A DNA stretch of 64,000 bases, taken from positions 62,001 to 126,000 of the IMG/VR virus record IMGVR_UViG_3300013005_000001, one strand, 5' to 3'. This document shows, piece by piece, positions 46,071-54,850 of this stretch. Positions within the stretch are counted from its first letter, which is position 1. Every line of letters begins with the position of its first letter. The notes beneath the pieces were generated by a model. The model was given only the letters and a program-made list of their open reading frames with translations. It searched no databases and had not been told where the DNA came from. A program made the translations under genes and the position numbers.

Positions 46071-46286
46071 TCAAACAGGGAGATTTACATTGTACAATCT
46101 TTTAAAGTCTCGACGCATGGGATGCAGGGCTGATTCTGTTCCATGTGTCGTGTACATAGGGCCTTGGATTGTAGAGGGGGGAACAATCTTGTATACGCCC
46201 GACTTAGCTCTTTCAACTTGGAATCCTAACCGGATTAGCTCCGATAGGACTTTTTTCATCGTGGATGATTGGTGTTGCCGAGGCAT
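46071..46286 (-). CDS. HicA-like (dsRBD-fold) protein
   Basis: L..LGF.VE..KSG.YK...H pattern; GGAG RBS. Confidence 0.5.
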   Translation of the reverse strand: MPRQHQSSTMKKVLSELIRLGFQVERAKSGVYKIVPPSTIQGPMYTTHGTESALHPMRRDFKRLYNVNLPV

Positions 46287-46515
46287 GTCTATTATTTCTC
46301 CTTATATGAGTTGTCTGCTTAGACGATATAACTATATCAGTTGTATTCCTTGCGAGCAACTCGTAGGACAAATAATGACGGCTCGAATACCGCTTTTAAA
46401 ACAAGGTTTAAATTGCGGCGATTCTCGCCTTATAGAAAAAAATAAAAAGGCATGTTATATACCACAGGGGATACATAACAATGCCTAATTAGATTTTTGT
46501 AGATACGGTTAATTA

Positions 46516-46758
46516 TTAGTCTCCAAAAGGAGAATGTTCTTTAACGAAGAGGACTCGATTGCGTTGAATTGCTTTATCGAGACAATCGTCACAGATGATT
46601 GCTTGGTATTGATTACAGTCAAATACAGAACCATAACTACCATAGATGATTACATCTGATGCACTATCAAGGTTTGATGATTCACCTGCTAGTTCTTCTG
46701 GCCATAGGTGTATGACTGCTTTTTCACATATAAGGCATGGTGTGAGTTCTTGTCTCAT
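46516..46758 (-). CDS. small zinc-finger protein
   Basis: CLIC...ICDDC. Confidence 0.65.
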   Translation of the reverse strand: MRQELTPCLICEKAVIHLWPEELAGESSNLDSASDVIIYGSYGSVFDCNQYQAIICDDCLDKAIQRNRVLFVKEHSPFGD

Positions 46759-46958
46759 TGTTTTGCCTTTGCTGCGAGCTTACCAAGATGATCTATTGCT
46801 ACTTCTTTAGATGCTGGATCATTGGTAAGTAGGAGCTTGTGGATTTGATTGATGTACTGGTATAGTTTCTCTTGTGCTTCGCCATGAGTTTTGACTACTA
46901 GCCTGTATTGTTCAATTAATTCTTGTTGTTGTTGGATGATTTCTTCTAGTGTGGTCAT
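46755..46958 (-). CDS. hypothetical coiled-coil protein
   Basis: AAGGAG RBS. Confidence 0.6.
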   Translation of the reverse strand: MTTLEEIIQQQQELIEQYRLVVKTHGEAQEKLYQYINQIHKLLLTNDPASKEVAIDHLGKLAAKAKQ

Positions 46959-47415
46959 TAATATTCTCCTTTGTACGAATAAAAAATGTATTTTTATATA
47001 TGTTTATGCGACTTGGGACCATTTTTAGATCATGTCCAGGATCATTGCCAATTGCAACACTAAATTTAGTATATTGATAGAACATTCGTCAATGCATATA
47101 CTAGGCATGATAATTTTACGCAGGTTTTCTATCAATCCCGACACGTCACTTTACTTATAATTAAGAAGGACACGTGCAGCCCTTAGTACGCCTAAATGGA
47201 TTCGAACCATTATAATATTAAGTCTTTACTTTAACCAAGGTTCTTTTCGAGAACATTAATACCGATTACCTATCGACGTCTAGCCTTTTATATTGTCAAT
47301 GCTAAGGACAAGCTTTAAAAAAATACTAAGATTGTTTACAAACATCTTATGTAATTATAATAAATGTGCGTTTATTATACTGTATGCGCACCCCACAGTT
47401 GGTGGTTACCGAAGT

Positions 47416-48426
47416 TTAGAAGGGATCTTCTTCGGTTTCTGTTGCTCCAACGACAACTGAAGTCTGCTCAGCACGTGCCGAGTTACTCCAGAGATCGCAT
47501 GAAACGATTTCGCCTTGTACTGCAAGTGAGAAACGACCACAAGGGGCGTTTACTGGGTCATAGACATTCTGAGGTGTCTTTGAACCGTTCTTCTCAACCT
47601 TGATACGCTGTTGTGAGCCAGACCAGTTGGTGACCCATTGACGTGACAAGGCAAGAAGTTCCTTGCGCTTTTCTTCTGCTTCTTTGACTTTAGCTTGAGG
47701 AAGATCAGAAATCTTCTGGCCAAGTACATGTGCTTCAAGGCGAAGACCATAGACACGTTGGAACGTTTGAACAGAAGCGTCAACAAGGTTTAAGAAACCC
47801 TGATTGGTACGCGACTTTTCACGATCGGTTGTGCCAAGCTCGAAGCTGGTCATTGGAACACCTGTTTGATGTTGGTATGCAGCAACAATGCGACCAGGAT
47901 TCTCGATAGAACCTGTTACATCGATTGCACCAGCAGCTTTGAAAGCGTTGATGGCATGCTTGATACCTTCTTCGTTAGCACCGAACTGTTGGAAGAACAA
48001 CGGCATACCAGCAGAGTAGTTCATACCCATTGCTGTAAGGCTGTCTTCAAACTTCTGACGCTCAATGACGTTACCGCCATCTTGTGCAAATGCATGCAAA
48101 AGATCTACGATGCTCATTGAGTTACCGTCGATGTTGACGTTCAAATCAAGCTTGACTGGGTTCATTACACCAGTAACAAGCAGGTATTCCTTACCAGTGT
48201 ACGGTGACGACTGGCGAAGAACTGAAAGTCGGGACAAGTTAGCTTCACGAAGAGTAACTTCTGCAGGAACTTCAACGCCGTTAATCGAGCCAGTGAACTT
48301 GACTGTCTTGCCAACTACGAGGCTCTGTGTACGAGCAGTAGATTGCAAGTTGTCAATGTTCTCTGCGATTGCCGAGAAGAGGTCACCTGAGAGACCGAAC
48401 TTGTTGAGGATGGATGGATTGGACAT
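47416..48426 (-). CDS. hypothetical protein, apparently highly expressed, EEDPF tail
   Basis: Strong RBS, C-ending codon bias. Confidence 0.75.
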   Translation of the reverse strand: MSNPSILNKFGLSGDLFSAIAENIDNLQSTARTQSLVVGKTVKFTGSINGVEVPAEVTLREANLSRLSVLRQSSPYTGKEYLLVTGVMNPVKLDLNVNIDGNSMSIVDLLHAFAQDGGNVIERQKFEDSLTAMGMNYSAGMPLFFQQFGANEEGIKHAINAFKAAGAIDVTGSIENPGRIVAAYQHQTGVPMTSFELGTTDREKSRTNQGFLNLVDASVQTFQRVYGLRLEAHVLGQKISDLPQAKVKEAEEKRKELLALSRQWVTNWSGSQQRIKVEKNGSKTPQNVYDPVNAPCGRFSLAVQGEIVSCDLWSNSARAEQTSVVVGATETEEDPF

Positions 48427-48522
48427 GGATATCTCCTATGTGTTATAATTGTGATTAATTGTGAATAATTTTGAAAAAAGGTATATCTGAGGTATACCCT
48501 TCTTTTTGCTTATACCGCAGTG

Positions 48523-48765
48523 TTAGGCTGTGGCTGTATCTGAGTCAGAAGTATCTTCAACTTCAGCAGGACGAACCTCGCGATAACCTTCTGCAATTGC
48601 ACCGGTGATGCTACGTGTGAGATCACTGGTTTTAGAAGGTGTTACTTTGATTGCGTCTACCGTTTTACCGGTAATGCTGCTAGTTGCAGAGATAGTTTTT
48701 GCGGTTAATTTACCGAAAAGCTTAGCTGTTTTTTCTGCCATGGGTGTTTTTTCTGTTGTGAACAT
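48523..48765 (-). CDS. hypothetical protein
   Basis: AAGGA RBS. Confidence 0.6.
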   Translation of the reverse strand: MFTTEKTPMAEKTAKLFGKLTAKTISATSSITGKTVDAIKVTPSKTSDLTRSITGAIAEGYREVRPAEVEDTSDSDTATA

Positions 48766-49067
48766 GATTTTCCTTTTGTGTTTGTGATTATTGGGTGTCT
48801 GTGTTTGTTCCTGGAATTATGAATTCTAGGATGTCTGTGATGAAATCGAGTAACCAATCAAGCATTTGTTTTCTCCTTTCCCTTCTTTTTTGTGGTTGCT
48901 GTCTGAGGAAGCATTTTAGAAGCTAGAAAGAAAAAACAAATACAACGGTCAATCACGCCACCTTTGAGGTGTGTAATTGCCGTTGTTATTGCTCTTTTGA
49001 TTAACGATTATATAAATGGTTGCTAAGAATGCGTAATTGCATACAAAGCCAAGCATAAACATTGCCA

Positions 49068-49370
49068 TTATACTAAGTCCAACTCTACAAGTTGAGTATT
49101 TTTCTGGTACCATTCTACTAAAGTAGCAGATTGTCCGCGAAGACGACTGCTGTGTTCGTAGTTATAGCCGGCGTACTCCTTGAAGTACTCGGTTCCGTCC
49201 ATAAGTTGAATGCTTGTTTTATTGTTGAGCGTATGATCAATAATCATAAGCACTGGACAACCTACAAACATTCTGATATATGCTTGTCCACCATTATAAT
49301 GGTAGAGTCTGTCTTCTTTGGCAGCGATATCTATCATTTCTAACGATTGGATGTATGTAACTTTTTCCAT
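49068..49370 (-). CDS. hypothetical protein
   Basis: AAGGAG RBS before MEKVTY. Confidence 0.6.
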   Translation of the reverse strand: MEKVTYIQSLEMIDIAAKEDRLYHYNGGQAYIRMFVGCPVLMIIDHTLNNKTSIQLMDGTEYFKEYAGYNYEHSSRLRGQSATLVEWYQKNTQLVELDLV

Positions 49371-49465
49371 TTTATTTGCTCCTTGAGTTGTAAAGTGTTC
49401 GTGCTTTGTCGCCGGCGTATAGTCCGATGACAAAACACATTGTGGTGAATGCTACTGCAAGATGC

Positions 49466-49672
49466 TTACGCATTGGTTGCCTTCCTTTTTTGTTGTGCTA
49501 ATTTGTACAGATCATTCATTGCTTGACCGTTATTGTACGTATCACGCAGTTTTTCTTCTGCAGGTGTTAGCTTTTTGCTTTTTTCTTCTTCGCCTTTGAT
49601 CCAAATGACGAAGGCTATTCCGAGGTATACGCCAGCTGAAAGCCAACGCATACGATTGATTATTGTGGACAT
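49466..49672 (-). CDS. small membrane protein
   Basis: AAGGAGG RBS, TM helix. Confidence 0.6.
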   Translation of the reverse strand: MSTIINRMRWLSAGVYLGIAFVIWIKGEEEKSKKLTPAEEKLRDTYNNGQAMNDLYKLAQQKRKATNA

Positions 49673-50245
49673 GGTATTCTCCTCCTTATAAAGAGATTTA
49701 GTGGTTAGGGATAAAAATAATAACAAGACACACCAGTGTGGATAGCCGGTCTAACTTAAGGGAAAGAACCGACTATCCACAACCTGGGAGGTGTCATGCA
49801 GAGATAGAGAGCAGTTATTTGCAGTGTCGTACTCAGGACACTCTATGTAAGTCTGACAGAAGACTCAGTTTCGACTGTCAGCTAGGGACATAATCAATCC
49901 CTAAGACCTATCGCCAAGAACCAGTCTCGATGATTTCGAGAATGATTCCACGTGGCTCAATGAACAAGTCACCGGCCGGAGAAATCCAGCGAATGATATC
50001 TAAGTTAGAAACAATGCTATCTGCTTCTGCGAGACGGGTAACAGTGTCATTGATAAGTCGCTCAAGTTTGGTAATGGACATGGTATTCCTCCTTGGAATG
50101 TTTTGGGCTTACACCCTTCTTTTTTGATAGAATTCTCTTTTGTATGCACTAATTGAAGGACTAGTGAGAAAAAAGGGGAAAGTCCCAACAGACCCGCACT
50201 TGTGGTACGGATCTGCTGGGACAAGGAACAAGGGACAAGAGGCGG

Positions 50246-50665
50246 TTAGGCCAAGACGTCATCTCCGTCGTCGTCACCGAGAAGAGCACGAAGCTCATCA
50301 GAGATAGACATTGTTGACTTGATGATTGTCAACTCGGACATTCCGTCAGCCCAACACGAGGCTTGCATCTCTTCGATCTTTTCGCCATCGTTGTTGATGT
50401 ACGAGTTGAGCTTTGGTTCTGTGATGATGATGTCGTCACAGGACAAGGCCAACTTAGATCCGTTCCGCTTAGCCAAGTTGAACGCCTTGGTGACCGCTTC
50501 GAGTTGATTTTCGAAGATTGTCATCGTGAGCTTGTTCACGTTGGACGCGTTCTTCTCGTCGAGGATGTTCTTTGACAAGCCGACCAAGACGGTGTAGAAC
50601 TGAGTTCCGTCCTTCTTGGTGTTGACTTTGGGTTGAGTGTTGATGAAGATAAGCTTCTTGGACAT
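50246..50665 (-). CDS. paralog family A protein (possible OB-fold/SSB-like), copy 1
   Basis: INTQP..KKDGT.FYTVLVGL...MTIF...ASCWADG, acidic tail. Confidence 0.7.
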   Translation of the reverse strand: MSKKLIFINTQPKVNTKKDGTQFYTVLVGLSKNILDEKNASNVNKLTMTIFENQLEAVTKAFNLAKRNGSKLALSCDDIIITEPKLNSYINNDGEKIEEMQASCWADGMSELTIIKSTMSISDELRALLGDDDGDDVLA

Positions 50666-50817
50666 GATTGAGACCTCCTAATGGTCGTTATGGATGAGGT
50701 AATCACCCTTCTTTTTAGACAGAAAGTCCTAGTTTAGAAGGGTATCTTGGGCATGTTATAGATTAAACACGCACTAAAGAGGCTTTAGAAGCAATATAAT
50801 ATTTGCTCCTATCATCT

Positions 50818-53196
50818 CTAGATTGAGTTAAGTGCTCGGATAAGCCAATCAATTGGTTGATTAGGGCTCTTTGCACTGAACGTGTACAACCACTGGTCGT
50901 GATTGGCCTTTGGATACTGACGCTTGGCAATATACGAGTGATAAGCCAGTGACAGTATCTTACGGTTCATGTAGTCGACACCCTTGTCTGGGTTGTTGTC
51001 GATACGAGTGAACAGATCGCACAAGTAATCTACCCATGCTTCTGCGGTCATGATGCTACGCTTGACAGTGAGCTTTTGGTGTTCTTGAGCTGCCTTAAGC
51101 AATTCTTCTTCTGTCCATTCGATATTGAACAGCACCTCTGGCTCAACAAGAGTTGTATTGAGATGGTCTGACATTTGAGAAACAGTGGTCCGCACCAGCA
51201 TTTCTCGCATTATGTGCATCTGACACCAAGGTGACTCTTCAACTGTAGTAGTCTCAAGGTCCTTAGCATGTGCTTCTGGCATACGAGTTACCATCCAGAA
51301 CATATCCATCTTGGTACCGTTAAGCCCATTTGTTTCACGGATTTGGCGATACAGTTCACCAACCCATTGTGCAATGAGCTTTACGTCAGCAACAGTAGCG
51401 AGTCCCTGTTCGATGCCATCAATGATCTCTTCGTTGCGAGCGACAGGATTCTTGATGTATTCGTTGATCAGAGCATGCCAAAGAATCTTAGGCAATACTG
51501 CAGAACCAACTCCACCAGGGAATGCAAGTGCTACAAGTCGGCTACGTCCTTCATCACCCAGAGAATACTCAGGATTGATCTTTAGAGTAGAACTACCAGG
51601 AAGGGTTCCGGGAACAACCAAATTGTTCTCTTCCAAGTACGAAGATTGAGGAACAGCCATAAACAGCTCCTCATAATCGATGACAGGTGGAAATGCAGTA
51701 TACCGATGGAATACTGGACCATAGTTCTCGATTGGAATCATAGACCATTCACCAAAGTCATTTGGGTTACGGAGGATGAACGCCATGAGCTTGATGTCTC
51801 CATCAGCAAAACGCACTAGTCGAACATGGATCTTCCATGTATCGTCTAAGTCATCTCCACCATGGTTGATGTGATTCTTCTCGAAGTACTTACCAGGTAC
51901 CGCAAAGCAATGTGTCTTCTTGTGGTAGTAGCCACAGTCATTATACACATTCTTGAAACCAAAGATCTCAAGAGCTTCTTGTGTCATCACGTGAGTTGCA
52001 TAGGCCCATTCAACTGGAAACCAATGATACTGCTTATGACGCCATACATTACCAATGCCTTCGCCTTCTTCGTAAGCACCAAGGAATGACCTCTTTAAGC
52101 CATTGACCGTTAACCAGCGAAGAGTCTGAGTTGCATCAAATGGTATTCCAGCCTGATCAAGATCACGAACAGCCTTCTGCACAATCTCAAGCGTAGACAC
52201 AGGTCGACGGAATTCATCTTCCTCGTTATCTTGATACTGGGCAACTGCATTATTATTATCCACCAGGGTAGTCATGAACTTGAATTGCTTACCTTCTGCA
52301 AGGTCAACTTTTGCTTGTTCAAGGGCACCTACTAGACCACGAATGACATCTTCTTGAGTATACAGACCATTTACCTTCTGGTAGATGGCCATAGTAAGGT
52401 CATCACTCTTGACAGGAATAGCCGAATACGACGGTTCGATTGTAGCAAACTGCCAACCCTTAGTGCTGATCTCAGGCTTGATGTTGGGACCAAAGGTCTT
52501 GATATCGTACCCATCCATCATCTTATCTGGGAGGATTAGAGCATTGCCCTTGATCAACCCATCTTTCATGAGGACTCGGATCTGAACTACTGATGTTTGA
52601 CCATCAAGGATTAGTGCAATCTGTTTGTTGATCCATTCACGTGATGCACGATGGTTACTTACAACACAGCGTATAGCAAAGCTTTGGCTGATTGCGGAGA
52701 TTCCATCTACATCACTATCGATGTACCCAAGATCTAGGTGGTCGATAGTTTGAACCTTGATGTTGCCATCCGGATCATATGTCCACATGCATGACATGCG
52801 AACAATTTCTGCCAATCGCTTGCTCATCTTCTTTGAGTTCTTGATCACAAGACCAACCTCATCGAGTCCAGCAAGCCACGTTGTCGTACGTCCACGATGG
52901 GGCTTCACACCTTTAATCCGTACTGTGTACTGATCTGATGAGTTGCTCCAACGCAGGATTTCTGAATTGGCTAAAACTGGCAGTGCTGTAGGATCCTGTG
53001 AAGGAACCCCAGTGTGCCAGCTCTTGTTTATCTTTCGCACTTCGATCCGGTAATGATCCGGAAAGAATTGCTCCAGAAAGGCGGGCCAATAAGGACCACC
53101 ATCAAACTCCTCAAGAACTTTATCGTTCTCAAGGAGAGGGAGTGCAGTGATAAGCCGGAACCAGCCATCATTGCGTTTGACAATACCATGAAACAT
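50818..53196 (-). CDS. putative single-subunit two-barrel RNA polymerase (RdRP/YonO-like), paralog 2
   Basis: SKRL, DGISAIS, QIRVLMKDGLIKG, NIKPE, SDDLT, GGDDLDD, LRNPN. Confidence 0.62.
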   Translation of the reverse strand: MFHGIVKRNDGWFRLITALPLLENDKVLEEFDGGPYWPAFLEQFFPDHYRIEVRKINKSWHTGVPSQDPTALPVLANSEILRWSNSSDQYTVRIKGVKPHRGRTTTWLAGLDEVGLVIKNSKKMSKRLAEIVRMSCMWTYDPDGNIKVQTIDHLDLGYIDSDVDGISAISQSFAIRCVVSNHRASREWINKQIALILDGQTSVVQIRVLMKDGLIKGNALILPDKMMDGYDIKTFGPNIKPEISTKGWQFATIEPSYSAIPVKSDDLTMAIYQKVNGLYTQEDVIRGLVGALEQAKVDLAEGKQFKFMTTLVDNNNAVAQYQDNEEDEFRRPVSTLEIVQKAVRDLDQAGIPFDATQTLRWLTVNGLKRSFLGAYEEGEGIGNVWRHKQYHWFPVEWAYATHVMTQEALEIFGFKNVYNDCGYYHKKTHCFAVPGKYFEKNHINHGGDDLDDTWKIHVRLVRFADGDIKLMAFILRNPNDFGEWSMIPIENYGPVFHRYTAFPPVIDYEELFMAVPQSSYLEENNLVVPGTLPGSSTLKINPEYSLGDEGRSRLVALAFPGGVGSAVLPKILWHALINEYIKNPVARNEEIIDGIEQGLATVADVKLIAQWVGELYRQIRETNGLNGTKMDMFWMVTRMPEAHAKDLETTTVEESPWCQMHIMREMLVRTTVSQMSDHLNTTLVEPEVLFNIEWTEEELLKAAQEHQKLTVKRSIMTAEAWVDYLCDLFTRIDNNPDKGVDYMNRKILSLAYHSYIAKRQYPKANHDQWLYTFSAKSPNQPIDWLIRALNSI

Positions 53197-53364
53197 GATA
53201 TCCTCGCTTTCTGTTGAATTGGAGGCTTCAACATAGCCTTTTGTTTTAGTGGATAGGTTCTAGGTTTATGGCCTGTAGTCTATCCATAAAGAGAAAACCC
53301 CTTTCGGGGTCTCCTCCTTCTTCTAACAGAATGCTGTTAGGTATAGTCCCGTTGGATCCAACGA

Positions 53365-53808
53365 CTAGAGGATGTCTCCATCTTCTTCGCCGTTGAACTC
53401 TTCGAGGAGCTTCCGCAGTTCCTCTGAGATGCCCATCGATGATCCGATGACGTCCAGAGTTCCTCCGTTAGCCCAGCATGAAGCCTTGAAGCCTGTAACG
53501 GCGACACCATCTTTGGTGACGAAGTTATTTGGCTTGATGTCGGTCAATGTGAACTCGTCACACTTTACGACCAGCTTCAACCCAGCTGCCTTTGCTGCTG
53601 CAAAAGACGCTGCCACGGTTGCAACCTTTTCAGGGAAGATTGTCATCTCCACTTTGAGGTTGGCCAACATGTCCGCAGAGACTCCCTTTGCAGAGAGTAC
53701 ATCCTTGGCAATCCCAATCAAGACGGTCCAGAACATAGTTCCGTCCTTCTTTGAGTAGGCACGTGGTGCTGTGTTGACGTACAAGTACGCCTGCTTTTCT
53801 ACTGACAT
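53365..53808 (-). CDS. paralog family A protein, copy 2
   Basis: VNTAP...KKDGTMFWTVLIG...EEDGDIL. Confidence 0.75.
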   Translation of the reverse strand: MSVEKQAYLYVNTAPRAYSKKDGTMFWTVLIGIAKDVLSAKGVSADMLANLKVEMTIFPEKVATVAASFAAAKAAGLKLVVKCDEFTLTDIKPNNFVTKDGVAVTGFKASCWANGGTLDVIGSSMGISEELRKLLEEFNGEEDGDIL

Positions 53809-54058
53809 GACAACCTCCAAGTTGTATGTAGAGGTGAATATTATTGTTTTAACACGATGTACTCACATCACCGTGCCCACACTTTAGTTATCACATCTCT
53901 CAATATGATCTGGTAGTAAGCACCAGGTTCCTCCTGTAGTTTCGGCTCAGGCCCCTAGGGTATGATCTAGGATCTACCCATAAAAGAAAAACCCCCCGAA
54001 GGGAGTTCTTCTTCTCTTCCAACAGAACGCTGCTGGGCATGGTCAGGTCGAATACCGA

Positions 54059-54325
54059 CTAGTGGCGGATAAGCACCACGTATGTCATCATCTTTGTGTT
54101 AACCCACTTGCCGTCGGTCCACGCAGAGGTGTATTTAACCCTGGTTGGTCGCTTTTCAGCAATGTTTCTGTTGTTCACAAGGAACAATTCTGCATCTGCT
54201 TGCTGGCTGAACCAGTAGATGGTGTATCCCTCATAGGACCTTGCGGTTGCGAAACCACCAGTGCCTGTCAGGAAAATGTCAGAGTTAAGGAACTCCGACC
54301 CATCATTTTTACTGAATTGGGGCAT
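54059..54325 (-). CDS. hypothetical protein
   Basis: AGGAGGAG RBS. Confidence 0.6.
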   Translation of the reverse strand: MPQFSKNDGSEFLNSDIFLTGTGGFATARSYEGYTIYWFSQQADAELFLVNNRNIAEKRPTRVKYTSAWTDGKWVNTKMMTYVVLIRH

Positions 54326-54566
54326 GACTCCTCCTAAAGTGTCATGTTGCATATGCACACCACGTGCATACGACTAACTATTTACTCGTTGACCTGGAGC
54401 TGCTAAGCCACAGGACCAGCATTAAATACTGGGTGGATATAGATCTAGGACCTACCCATAAAAAAAAGATTTAAGCCCTAGGTATAGGGTCACGTCCCAA
54501 TGTTTTAGAGATAGTTGTACTAGTGGTAGTTTTATTATTTAATAATATGATCCATGTCATGACGCA

Positions 54567-54812
54567 TCACTCCTCGATCTGATCGAAGAGACTTGGCTGG
54601 TGGAACCATGGGCAGACAGGAGTTGGCTGACCTTTTCTGTCATGCATATAGATGAACTGATGACACGCCCGGCACAAAACCATCTTATAAGGATGCCTTG
54701 ATGTGAACGTGTCATACTGGTAATCATCCAGTCCATGGGTACGACATTCATCGCATTGTTTGTAACCGCTGTATTCCCAACGACGGTTGCTTTTCTTTTT
54801 GTTGTATGACAT
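54567..54812 (-). CDS. small zinc-finger protein
   Basis: CDEC...CRAC; AAGGAG RBS. Confidence 0.55.
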   Translation of the reverse strand: MSYNKKKSNRRWEYSGYKQCDECRTHGLDDYQYDTFTSRHPYKMVLCRACHQFIYMHDRKGQPTPVCPWFHQPSLFDQIEE

Positions 54813-54850
54813 TTCTGTCTCCTTTTTGTTGTTGTTGTTTTTCATGTTAA

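Noticed and set aside
41975-46986. TTTGTACGAA(C/T)AAAAAA copies at 41975 and 46970 as another promoter class
   Set aside because: Only two clear copies in AT-rich DNA next to RBSs; not distinguishable from chance without statistics.
47187-47250. T-arm-like sequence (minus strand TGGTTCGAATCCATTTAGGCGTA) as a tRNA or tmRNA
   Set aside because: No matching 5' acceptor strand or convincing anticodon stem; at most a decayed remnant.
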